A stretch of 64,000 nt of DNA from Verrucomicrobiota bacterium. GTDB lineage: Bacteria > Verrucomicrobiota > Kiritimatiellia > UBA8416 > JABMPJ01. Position numbers and translations under genes: made by a program. Shown here one piece after another: positions 56,141 through 64,000 of the stretch (positions are counted from its first letter, which is position 1; every line of letters begins with the position of its first letter). The stretch is from the NCBI GenBank assembly GCA_018648805.1, contig JABGQM010000024.1, forward strand, positions 1,065 through 65,064, given 5' to 3'. Under the pieces are notes generated by a model. It was not told the DNA's origin and ran no database searches. It saw only the letters and a program-made list of their open reading frames with translations.

Positions 56141-56582
56141 GCTGCACGAAGTGCTCGTTGATGTAGGTCACCGCCTCTTCGAGGGATGGCAGGATCTTGG
56201 TGCAGAACTTCACCATCCAGGGGTTGCACTCCTTGAAGTCGAACGGACTGAAGCCGACCACGAACTTGCCCAGGTCGTGCGAGGCATAGAAGACCTCCAT
56301 CGCGGTGCCGATGGAGGGCTTGTTGTAGTTCACCAGGATGATATCGGCGTCGCGTACGTCCTGCAGATCGAACTCGACGATCTCGTTGGCGCTGTCGACC
56401 TCGCGGTCCTTGAAATTGCGGCGCATCGGGTCGAGCATCACGAAGCGGCGGCCCAGTCCCTCATGCGCGGCCTCGCGCCACTCGCGGGCAGTGCCTGCAT
56501 GCTCGTCCATAATCGGACCACACAGATAAATTTTACGTAGGCTGTTGCTCACGGCTGTTTCTCCTGGTTTAGACCCCTGCAC
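56130..56582 (-). CDS. Nucleoside 2-deoxyribosyltransferase-like (flavodoxin-like fold) protein
   Basis: KIYLCGPIMDEH...DADIILVNYNKPSIGTAMEVFYA pattern; probable GTG start at 56541 with AGGAG RBS. Confidence 0.5.
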   Translation of the reverse strand: MQGSKPGETAVSNSLRKIYLCGPIMDEHAGTAREWREAAHEGLGRRFVMLDPMRRNFKDREVDSANEIVEFDLQDVRDADIILVNYNKPSIGTAMEVFYASHDLGKFVVGFSPFDFKECNPWMVKFCTKILPSLEEAVTYINEHFVQQAY

Positions 56583-57664
56583 AGTGACAGCAGAAAGTCC
56601 CGGTTGTCGGCGCAGGCATACCGCATGGCGCCCCCCATTCTGTTAAAGGTCTTGCAGTATCGCAGATAATAAGCCGGGTTGTCCATGGGCGGCTCGCCAT
56701 GGGCCTGCCAGTCCCACGTGGCCGCGGCCAGGTCGACCACGGCAATGAAGTGGTCATCAATGGGACCGCCCGCCTGGCGGGCCAGGTTCTGGGCCATCGC
56801 GAACGCCTTCTCGAAGATCATGGGCGACATGACGGCCGAGCCCACCGAGAGATAGACCCCCCCGTCAATCTGCCGTACGGCCTCCGCAAAACGCAGGTAG
56901 TCGCGCTGGGCCGTGCGGCCGATCGCGGCGCCGTGATTCATGGGGTGGTTGTAAATGATGTCGTGCCCGAACATGGGGTGACCGGTGAACGGAATCTCGA
57001 GGCGGCAGGCCGCCGCCTGGGCGCTGTAGGCTTTGGCGGGGTGGGGGATGGCCAGCCAACCGGGGGCCAGGTCAAAGTCGCGCATGCCGGCCAGCAGGTC
57101 GGCCGCCGCGGCGGCATGCTCCGGATCTTCGTTGGCCGCGGCACAGGCGGCGAGGAGGACCTCGGGTGTGGGCAGGTCCAGGCCGTCGTTGGCGATCATG
57201 TGGCCGACCGACTCGCCGTAGCCCCGTCCCTCCCAGGCCCCCACGCGCAGGGCCAGGTTAAGGTAGCGGCCGGTCTCCTCCCAGATGCCAAACTGACCCG
57301 TATGGACGTAGGCCTCCACGTCCTCGCTGGTCTGCCCCTGAAAGGCGAATTCCCAGTCGTGGATGATGCCGGCCCCGTTGGTGGCCAGGTGCGTTACCCA
57401 GCCGCGCTCCATCAGGTCGATCAGGACCGGGCCCAGCCCGTTTTTGATCGTGTGCGCCCCGAAGGCCAGGATCACGGATGCCCCGCGGGCGCGGGCGCGG
57501 CGGATGCGCCCGACTGTTTCGGTCACGACCGCCGTCGTGGCGTCTGAGAGGACACCCGGCTGCGCCGTGGGTGCAACATGGTCGCGCTCAATCTCCAGCT
57601 TGCTCGTGCGTTCGGCCAGTGGACGAATATGCAGCCGATGGCGATCAAACTCGGGATGGGTCAT
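56549..57664 (-). CDS. Conserved hypothetical protein (371 aa), function unrecognised
   Basis: ATG 57664 with GGAGGA RBS; ORF-track extension to 58141 has no RBS and overlaps upstream gene; no motif I can assign. Confidence 0.45.
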   Translation of the reverse strand: MTHPEFDRHRLHIRPLAERTSKLEIERDHVAPTAQPGVLSDATTAVVTETVGRIRRARARGASVILAFGAHTIKNGLGPVLIDLMERGWVTHLATNGAGIIHDWEFAFQGQTSEDVEAYVHTGQFGIWEETGRYLNLALRVGAWEGRGYGESVGHMIANDGLDLPTPEVLLAACAAANEDPEHAAAAADLLAGMRDFDLAPGWLAIPHPAKAYSAQAAACRLEIPFTGHPMFGHDIIYNHPMNHGAAIGRTAQRDYLRFAEAVRQIDGGVYLSVGSAVMSPMIFEKAFAMAQNLARQAGGPIDDHFIAVVDLAAATWDWQAHGEPPMDNPAYYLRYCKTFNRMGGAMRYACADNRDFLLSLCRGLNQEKQP

Positions 57665-57687
57665 GGGTCGTCCTCCAGCACGTCCAG

Positions 57688-58047
57688 TTAGGAGGAGTCT
57701 GTCATATACGCCTCGACCTTGGCAATCTTGCGGTCGGCATAGGCGCTTGCCGCTTCCGCCAGGCCGCGACGGGTAATGACGTCGTGACAACGCTGGCGGA
57801 TCGTGGCCACCAAGTGATCCAGGTTGTCGAAGTTGTCGACCTCCACCCCGTCGAGGATCTCGACAAAATGCTGTACCCCCAGCGCCTCGTTGCGCAGCGT
57901 GGCCACGTTTTCGAGGCAGACCCGCTCGCTCTCCTCGTGCGCCTCCTGTCGGCGGTAATTCTCTGCGACCAGGAACTCGAGGTCGGCCTCGAGGTCTTCC
58001 ATCTCTATGCGCAGTACCTTGACAAATTTCACCATCGCCATTCGCAT
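57688..58047 (-). CDS. Small acidic hypothetical protein (~119 aa)
   Basis: Start chosen at MRMAMVKFV; coding-like composition; no recognisable domain. Confidence 0.35.
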   Translation of the reverse strand: MRMAMVKFVKVLRIEMEDLEADLEFLVAENYRRQEAHEESERVCLENVATLRNEALGVQHFVEILDGVEVDNFDNLDHLVATIRQRCHDVITRRGLAEAASAYADRKIAKVEAYMTDSS

Positions 58048-58140
58048 CACATGCCCCTCTCGTGTACCAGGGGCAGTGTGAAACGATCGGATGACGATTG
58101 CAATGGGATTGTGCACTTCCCCCTCTACCCTCGAATGGCA

Positions 58141-58340
58141 CCTAGATAAGCACGGGTCTGCCCATTTCAATATCCAATATCCAACAAGGAACTCCCAATA
58201 TCCAAGTGAGCGCTATCAGCGAATGGTGTGTCATGTGACTGGACATTCGCCCTTCGCACGCACTTGGGAGTTGGGAGTTCCTTGTTGGATATTGGGTGTT
58301 CAATTTCCTCCAATGAGCGCCTTATCCAAGTGCTATTTTC
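58141..58340. repeat. Family C MITE-like element
   Basis: atccaatatccaacaaggaactcccaatatccaagtg...cacttgggagttgggagttccttgttggatattgggtg (≈38-bp terminal inverted repeats). Confidence 0.75.
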
Positions 58341-58342
58341 CA

Positions 58343-59143
58343 CTATCCCCTGATGGTGCCATCCACCCCGACGACGACCTCCTCGAAGACGAGATCGCTT
58401 CGTCCGCACTGGGCCACCGCCTCCTGAACGATGTGTGTCAGGCCGCCACAACAGGGCACTTCCATGCGTAGCACGATCACTTTCGGAATCGTGGTGTCCT
58501 GCAGGATACCCGCCAGCTTCTCGACGTAGGGTTCGGTGCGATCCAGCTTGGGGCAGGCCACCACCACGCCACGTCCACGCATATAGCGCCAGTGCACATC
58601 CGCTGAAGCGATGGGTGAACAGGTGCTCAGCACCACCAGCTCCTTGTTCTGGAAGAACGGCGCGCCCGGCTGCACGAGATGCAGCTGTACCGGCCATTGC
58701 TGCAGGGCGGAAGGGTTAACCTGGCCCGGCAGTCCGGCCGCGGTGGCCGTTGCCGCCGGAGCGTTCGCCGGCTGGGCCGTGCGCATGCGTGAACCCGGAC
58801 AGCCGCCGCCGGTTGGGGCCGCTAGCGGTGCCGGTGCCTCTACAGGCGGTGCGGCGTGACGGGCCGCGGCGGCCTTCATGCGGTCCACGGCGGCCTGACC
58901 GCTGCTCTCGAGGAGATGCTCCTCCACCGCCTTGGGGTCGAAGGGATCGCATTCGCGATCTTCAATCGTCAGCGCACCCGTGGGGCACTCGCCCATGCAG
59001 TCGCCAAATCCGTCGCAGAGCAGGTCTTTCACAATCTTGGCTTTGCCGTCAATCAGCGCCAAAGCGCCTTCGGCACAGGCCGTGATGCAATTTCCACAGC
59101 CATTGCAGAGCTCCTCGTCGATCTTGATGATCTTGCGTTTCAT
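58343..59143 (-). CDS. 4Fe-4S ferredoxin-domain protein (hcp-associated type)
   Basis: MKRKIIKIDEELCNGCGNCITAC...CDGFGDCMGECP: two CxxCxxCxxxCP clusters. Confidence 0.75.
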   Translation of the reverse strand: MKRKIIKIDEELCNGCGNCITACAEGALALIDGKAKIVKDLLCDGFGDCMGECPTGALTIEDRECDPFDPKAVEEHLLESSGQAAVDRMKAAAARHAAPPVEAPAPLAAPTGGGCPGSRMRTAQPANAPAATATAAGLPGQVNPSALQQWPVQLHLVQPGAPFFQNKELVVLSTCSPIASADVHWRYMRGRGVVVACPKLDRTEPYVEKLAGILQDTTIPKVIVLRMEVPCCGGLTHIVQEAVAQCGRSDLVFEEVVVGVDGTIRG

Positions 59144-59157
59144 TTCACTTCTCCTAT

Positions 59158-59305
59158 GTTCAACACCCAATATCCAACAAGGAATGTCCAACGTCCAAGT
59201 GCGCGAGGATTGAGAATGTCCGGTGTAGCACCATCCATTCTCGCCCCTCGCTCACCTTCTTCATTGGATATTGAGTGTTGGCTGTTGGATATTCAGCTTC
59301 CCTGT
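59158..59305. repeat. Family C MITE-like element between ferredoxin gene and hcp
   Basis: caacacccaatatccaacaaggaatgtccaacgtccaagtgcgc...cattggatattgagtgttggctgttggatattcag. Confidence 0.7.
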
Positions 59306-59329
59306 TCTCTTAGCCTCTTCGACCTTACC

Positions 59330-60979
59330 CTATCCCAGGATCGCCTTCAGGTCATCTTCGGCTGTGGTGATCGGCTTGATGCCGAACGTGTCAACCAGCA
59401 CCTGCAGCACGGCCGGTGTTACAAAGGCCGGCAGGCTCGGTCCGAGACGGATGTCTTTGATGCCGAGGTGCAGCAGCGACAGGAGGATACACACCGCCTT
59501 CTGTTCGTACCACGACAGCACCATCGAAAGCGGCAGGCTATTCACATCCGTGTCGAAGGCGTCGGCCAGGGCCACCGCAATCTGGATCGCCGAGTAGGCG
59601 TCGTTGCACTGTCCGCAGTCGAGCAGGCGTGGAATGCCGCCGATGTCACCGAAGTCGAGCTTGTTGAAGCGGTACTTACCGCAGGCCAGTGTCAGAATCA
59701 CGCAATCCTCCGGCACCCCTTCAGCCAGCTCGGTGTAGTAGTTGCGGCCGCTCTTGGCGCCGTCACAGCCGCCGATGAGGAAGAAGTGACGGATGTCACC
59801 CCCCTTGACCGCATCGATGACCTTATCGGCCACGCCCATCACCGCGTTGTGGGCGAACCCGACCATAATGGTCTTGTCCGATCCATCCTTGGTGAAGCCT
59901 TCGGCGGCCAGGGCCGCATCAATCACCGGCGCGAAGTCGTTGTTCTCGATATGGGTCACGCCCGGCCAGGCGACCAATCCGCTCGTGAAGAGTCGGCCCT
60001 GGTAGCTGTCGTGCGGACGCTGGATGCAGTTGGTGGTCATCAGGATCGAGCCCGGGAAGGCCTCGAACTCTTTCTGCTGATCCTGCCAGGCCCCGCCGTA
60101 GTTACCGGCCAGGTGGCTGTACCGCTTCAGCTCCGGGTAGCCGTGTGCGGGCAGCATCTCACCGTGCGTGTAGATGTTGATGTCTTCGCCCTCGGTCTGC
60201 TTGAGCAGCTCTTCGAGATCCTTCAGCTCATGCCCCGATACGAGAATCGCATTGCCCTTGATCGGTTCAATGCGCACAGATGTCGGAACGGGATGGCCGT
60301 AGGTGTCCGTGTTGGCGCTGTCCAACAGCCCCATCACCTTGAGATTGACCTCGCCGCAGCGCAGGTTCATGCCCAGCAGACCATCCACGGTCGGCGCATC
60401 CTGCGTCAGGAAGTCGAGGGCCTCGTGGAAGAACATGTAGACCGCACGGTCTTCCTTGCCGAGGATATAGGCGTGGTCGGCATAGGCGGCCGTGCCCTTG
60501 AGACCGTAAGTCAACAGCTCCATGAGGGCCGTAATATCCTCGCCGAGGGCTTCCTTGCGCGCCGGGATACCCACTTCGAGTCCTTCGGTCACCAGGCCCT
60601 GGCGGTCAGCGGCAGGCTGCCACATGGCCGGTCCTGAGAGCTCTTCTTCGATGTTTCCGGCCTTGATCGCGGCGTCATGGTAGAGCGTCTTGGCTGTGGC
60701 CTTGATCTCGGCGGCCTGGCGCACCAGTCCTTCGAGGCGCGCGGCATCAAAGTTGACGTTCGTGACCGTCGTGAAGAGGGCCTCCACCACGAAAAGGTCC
60801 ACATCGTGGTCGTGTGCGCCCAACAGCCCGGCGCGGTGCGCATACATCGAAATGCCCTTGGCCGCATGTACCAGGAGGTCCTGCAGCGCGGAGACCTCGG
60901 GATCCTTACCGCACACCCCGAACTTCGTACATCCCTCACCCTTGGCGGTCTGCTCACACTGATAACAAAACATGCTCAT
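59330..60979 (-). CDS. hcp: Hybrid-cluster protein / hydroxylamine reductase
   Basis: MSMFCYQCEQT..CTKFGVCGK N-terminal cluster motif and Hcp-length conserved body; GGAGAG RBS. Confidence 0.9.
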   Translation of the reverse strand: MSMFCYQCEQTAKGEGCTKFGVCGKDPEVSALQDLLVHAAKGISMYAHRAGLLGAHDHDVDLFVVEALFTTVTNVNFDAARLEGLVRQAAEIKATAKTLYHDAAIKAGNIEEELSGPAMWQPAADRQGLVTEGLEVGIPARKEALGEDITALMELLTYGLKGTAAYADHAYILGKEDRAVYMFFHEALDFLTQDAPTVDGLLGMNLRCGEVNLKVMGLLDSANTDTYGHPVPTSVRIEPIKGNAILVSGHELKDLEELLKQTEGEDINIYTHGEMLPAHGYPELKRYSHLAGNYGGAWQDQQKEFEAFPGSILMTTNCIQRPHDSYQGRLFTSGLVAWPGVTHIENNDFAPVIDAALAAEGFTKDGSDKTIMVGFAHNAVMGVADKVIDAVKGGDIRHFFLIGGCDGAKSGRNYYTELAEGVPEDCVILTLACGKYRFNKLDFGDIGGIPRLLDCGQCNDAYSAIQIAVALADAFDTDVNSLPLSMVLSWYEQKAVCILLSLLHLGIKDIRLGPSLPAFVTPAVLQVLVDTFGIKPITTAEDDLKAILG

Positions 60980-61094
60980 TGTCACTCTCCTATTTGAGTT
61001 GGTTCCCGTTCATCTATGGGCGTATGATCACACACGTCAGATTTTAGTTCCTTGATCCGGATCAAGAAAGACCATAATTAAGCAAAACATCACC

Positions 61095-61490
61095 ATGAAG
61101 GACATGAAGAACATGAAGAGGGAGTTCAGTGAATTGTCAAATTGTGTCATAGGGTGTGCAATCGAGGTGCACAAGGTTCTTGGTCCCGGGTTGTTGGAGT
61201 CTACATACCAGCACTGCTTGGCACATGAGTTAGATTTACGGGGAGTGCGGTACAAGACAGAGCATCCGTTGCCTGTTGAGTACAAAGATACTCGGCTGGA
61301 TTGCGGGTATCGTATCGATCTGCTGGTTGAAGATTGCATCATTCTTGAGCTTAAGAGTGTGAACGCACTTAAAGGCATCCATGAAGCTCAGCTGCTGACC
61401 TATATGAGGCTGGCCAACATCCAACAAGGATTTCTGATCAATTTCAACGTACGACTGCTGAAAGAAGGTTTGAAGAGTTTTGTGCTCTGA
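61095..61490 (+). CDS. GxxExxY-family protein (PD-(D/E)XK-like)
   Basis: CAIEVHKVLGPGLLESTYQHCLAHEL...YRIDLLVEDCIILELKSV...AQLLTYMRLANIQQGFLINFN. Confidence 0.8.
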   Translation: MKDMKNMKREFSELSNCVIGCAIEVHKVLGPGLLESTYQHCLAHELDLRGVRYKTEHPLPVEYKDTRLDCGYRIDLLVEDCIILELKSVNALKGIHEAQLLTYMRLANIQQGFLINFNVRLLKEGLKSFVL

Positions 61491-61542
61491 GCCGGCCCCG
61501 GCTCCCCTTCATGTCCTTCATGTCCTTCATGGTGAGATTCTA

Positions 61543-62187
61543 ATGAATGCTGAACAATTGCAGGCAGAGACCCTCCTTAGGCGAGCGGAATTCTTTGCGG
61601 GGCTTCCCGCTGCCGGCCTGCGCGCCCTGGCGCAGGTGGCGCGCCTGCAAGATCACCCCAAAGGCGAGGTGCTGTTCCATGAGGGACAGACCGGCAGCTC
61701 CATGTATCTTGTCGCCGCCGGCAAGGTCCAACTCTACCGCACAACGCCCGACGGGCGTGATGTCACGATCCGCGTGATTGGTGCCAATGAGGTCTTCGCC
61801 GAAGTGATCCTCTTCGAAAGCGATGAATACCCCGTCACGGCCGAATGTATCGCCGAGACACGCCTGATCGCGCTGCCACGCCGTGAGATCTACCGCCTCC
61901 TGGCCGATCCCGATTTTCGGGCCGCCTTTATCGGGCATCTCATGACCAAGATGCGCTACCTGACCGGACGCATCCGTGAGCTCACGCTGCACGATGTCGA
62001 AACCCGCTTCTTCACCTTCCTCGATGAGCACTATGGGGCGTGCGCCGAGATCACACTGGATATCTCTAAGAAGGATCTCGCCGCCGCCATCAGCACTACC
62101 CCCGAATCGCTCTCACGCCTCATTACCCGTCTCACCCGGGATGGTGTCATCACGTGGCAAGGCAAGGTGCTGCACCGACTTGGCTGA
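61543..62187 (+). CDS. Crp/Fnr-family transcriptional regulator (HcpR-like, divergent from hcp)
   Basis: cNMP-binding-like domain (GEVLFHEGQTGSSMYLVAAGKVQL) and C-terminal HTH (KKDLAAAISTTPESLSRLITRL). Confidence 0.75.
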   Translation: MNAEQLQAETLLRRAEFFAGLPAAGLRALAQVARLQDHPKGEVLFHEGQTGSSMYLVAAGKVQLYRTTPDGRDVTIRVIGANEVFAEVILFESDEYPVTAECIAETRLIALPRREIYRLLADPDFRAAFIGHLMTKMRYLTGRIRELTLHDVETRFFTFLDEHYGACAEITLDISKKDLAAAISTTPESLSRLITRLTRDGVITWQGKVLHRLG

Positions 62188-62313
62188 CAGCTCCGCCTTG
62201 GACATTGGGTGTTGAGCGTTCGATCGGTGGAAAATCGCGAAAATGCGGTTGGGAGATCCGGATTGAGCCATAAATGAGGTGATTCGGAAACAGCTTTCTG
62301 CAACCGGCACGAC

Positions 62314-63738
62314 CTACGGTTCGAGCAGACGCGAGAAGGGAACAAGAAAATCGAAGAACCCCTCTGTCTCGATGCGGGAGTCAAGGTTGCCCTCGTAGAC
62401 CAGAGCTGTTCTTACGGATTGGTGGCGGGCGACCGACAGGCGATGAACCTTCTCGCGCACCTCGTCGATCACGGAGAACCCGATCTTCCTGCGGCTCTTG
62501 ACTTCAACTACATAGAGCGAGTGCTTACTCCGCATCAACAAGTCGATCTGGCAGGCTTTCCGGCGGGCCGCGGCGCGCTGGATATAGGGGCCGGCGGCGA
62601 GCAACGGTGTGCGCCCAAGGCCAAGGATCCTCGCCACGGGCAACACGTTGCTCAGCACCAGGTTTTCGAACTGTAGCCCCATGGCAGCTTCCCATTCGGG
62701 AAGCTGGTCCACGGCCACGTCGTGCAGGAGCCCCTTTTCGATGCTCTCCCGTCGAGGCACAATGTATCGCAGATAGAAGCGGGAGTAGTTGTCACGCAGG
62801 CGATAGACCTCTTTGCGGCTCACGCGCCCCGTCGCGGGGTCGAATACGGCATCCTTTGCTACGAACCCGGCAAGAACCAAGTCGCGCATGTATTCGGTCA
62901 TATGGCCGCTGCGCGCCTTTCCAAGCGCCGCGCTGATCTCTGAAAGTGTCCGGCTCCCATGGGTAAGCGTCCCGAGGATTAACCGGTAGCCCTCCGAGCG
63001 TTTGCCAAAGACATCACTGAAGATCTGTCCGAAATCCCTAAACAGAATGCCGCCTCGCTGAAAGCAGAGCCGCCGGATATTCTCCTCGGCCGACAGCCCG
63101 GGATCCACTTCCTCAAGGTATTTCGGAATACCACCGGTAACGGACAGCAACCTGAATTTCTCCCTTGGACTGATACGCTCGCCCGCATCCCCCCAAAACC
63201 GATTGCAGTCGTGCAGCGGGAGCTCATCAAGAACGATATCCCAGGAATCGCGCCCCACGAAGCCGGTGTTCTCGAGGATGTTATCCACAATCCATGCCGA
63301 CACGGACCCGCATAGAACGAGAATGAGTTTCGGGTGCGCCTTGAACACCGTGTCCCAGGCCGCCTTCAAGTGCCCGGCAAAATCAGGATCGTACCCTCCC
63401 ATCCAGGAGATCTCATCCAACATCACGACCGTTGATTCGTCTCGAATGGTGCTGGCGAGAAGCTGAAATGCCTGCGGCCAGTTGTCCGGCGTAAGTGGAG
63501 GAAGTTCCGTCTGTTCGGCAAGCAGACGACCGAATTCGTGAAGTTGATCCCGGTTCGATAAGCCGGGGCGTGGGGGAAGTCCTTCGAGGGACATGAACCG
63601 TGCCGCCCGCTTCCCAAACTCGCGAATCAGCGTACTCTTGCCAATGCGGCGCCGTCCTCGGCAAGTAACGAGGGATGCGGTCTGTTTCCGCAACAGGGCT
63701 GACAGGTCAGCCAGCTCTTGCTCTCGGCCGAAAAACAT
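62314..63738 (-). CDS. AAA+ ATPase (PF01637-type ATPase domain + DUF234)
   Basis: MFFGREQELADL..., Walker A GRRRIGKST, Walker B VVMLDE; start 63738 has AGGAGG RBS. Confidence 0.7.
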   Translation of the reverse strand: MFFGREQELADLSALLRKQTASLVTCRGRRRIGKSTLIREFGKRAARFMSLEGLPPRPGLSNRDQLHEFGRLLAEQTELPPLTPDNWPQAFQLLASTIRDESTVVMLDEISWMGGYDPDFAGHLKAAWDTVFKAHPKLILVLCGSVSAWIVDNILENTGFVGRDSWDIVLDELPLHDCNRFWGDAGERISPREKFRLLSVTGGIPKYLEEVDPGLSAEENIRRLCFQRGGILFRDFGQIFSDVFGKRSEGYRLILGTLTHGSRTLSEISAALGKARSGHMTEYMRDLVLAGFVAKDAVFDPATGRVSRKEVYRLRDNYSRFYLRYIVPRRESIEKGLLHDVAVDQLPEWEAAMGLQFENLVLSNVLPVARILGLGRTPLLAAGPYIQRAAARRKACQIDLLMRSKHSLYVVEVKSRRKIGFSVIDEVREKVHRLSVARHQSVRTALVYEGNLDSRIETEGFFDFLVPFSRLLEP

Positions 63739-64000
63739 GGTCAACTCCTCCTTGGTTAACGCCCCGTCTGCCATCACACGGGGATCAATCCGGGCTCCAA
63801 ACAATCAATATGTTCGTCTGGTGCCCAAATGTCAAGGCTCAGATCGGGCACGAAATCGACATGTCGTCGCGATTGGAGCCCGGAATCCAGTGCCTTTTTC
63901 GGGCACGAACGATCGAACAGGGACCGGCCCCAGCGCCCCCAGCGCCCCAAGTAGTGACCCACAAATAGGCACACAAAGAGTGCGGGTGCAAGGCAGGGCG

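Noticed and set aside
56549-58141. 530-aa ORF from the track
   Set aside because: The N-terminal 160 codons are Arg/Gly/Pro-rich, overlap the upstream gene 57688..58047 and lack an RBS. The internal ATG at 57664 has a GGAGGA RBS, and the protein from there looks globular. The long form is rejected and the 371-aa form kept.
1-64000. rRNA or tRNA genes
   Set aside because: Scanning found no cloverleaf-like conserved tRNA arms or rRNA-like conserved blocks. None are called.

Overview
High-GC (~60%+) bacterial window that looks like an accessory, repeat-ridden glycan-modification region. (i) 0-16.7 kb: a head-to-tail minus-strand array of seven paralogous membrane glycosyltransferase-like genes, with a TMTC/PMT-like GT-C N-terminal multi-pass domain plus C-terminal TPR repeats; the first copy is cut by the window edge. 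Two SGNH/GDSL hydrolase genes are interleaved, and an eighth paralog sits on the plus strand at 48.8-51.2 kb. Six array paralogs carry in-frame REP/BIME insertions at the same loop position. (ii) 17-30 kb: AAA ATPases, a NodU/CmcH carbamoyltransferase with SxtJ-like and SxtK-like partner genes, four toxin-antitoxin modules (one BrnT with an in-frame stop), a DUF4062 + Schlafen-like ATPase cassette bounded by ~160-bp direct repeats, and a REP-associated tyrosine transposase (RAYT) bracketed by the same REP family. (iii) 30.5-46.1 kb and 51.6-58 kb: a dense sugar-tailoring cluster. It holds six radical-SAM enzymes (one B12-dependent), a split transketolase, TPP-dependent E1 alpha/beta without E2, a DegT-family aminotransferase, an amidinotransferase, a tandem double WbuC cupin, a SAM methyltransferase, three DPM1-like GT2 paralogs, a GT9, a flippase-like LPG-synthase-TM protein and a nucleoside 2-deoxyribosyltransferase-like protein. 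(iv) 58.3-62.2 kb: a 4Fe-4S ferredoxin-domain gene, hcp and a Crp/Fnr (HcpR-like) regulator, plus a GxxExxY gene bracketed by inverted repeats. At least four distinct short palindromic repeat families (REP/BIME, a GTGAAC-type MITE, a CCAATATCCAACAAGG-type MITE, and a GATTAAGGCGAAAG hairpin) are scattered through the window; two of them are translated in-frame inside coding sequences. All functional calls rest on motifs read from the translations; no database search was possible.
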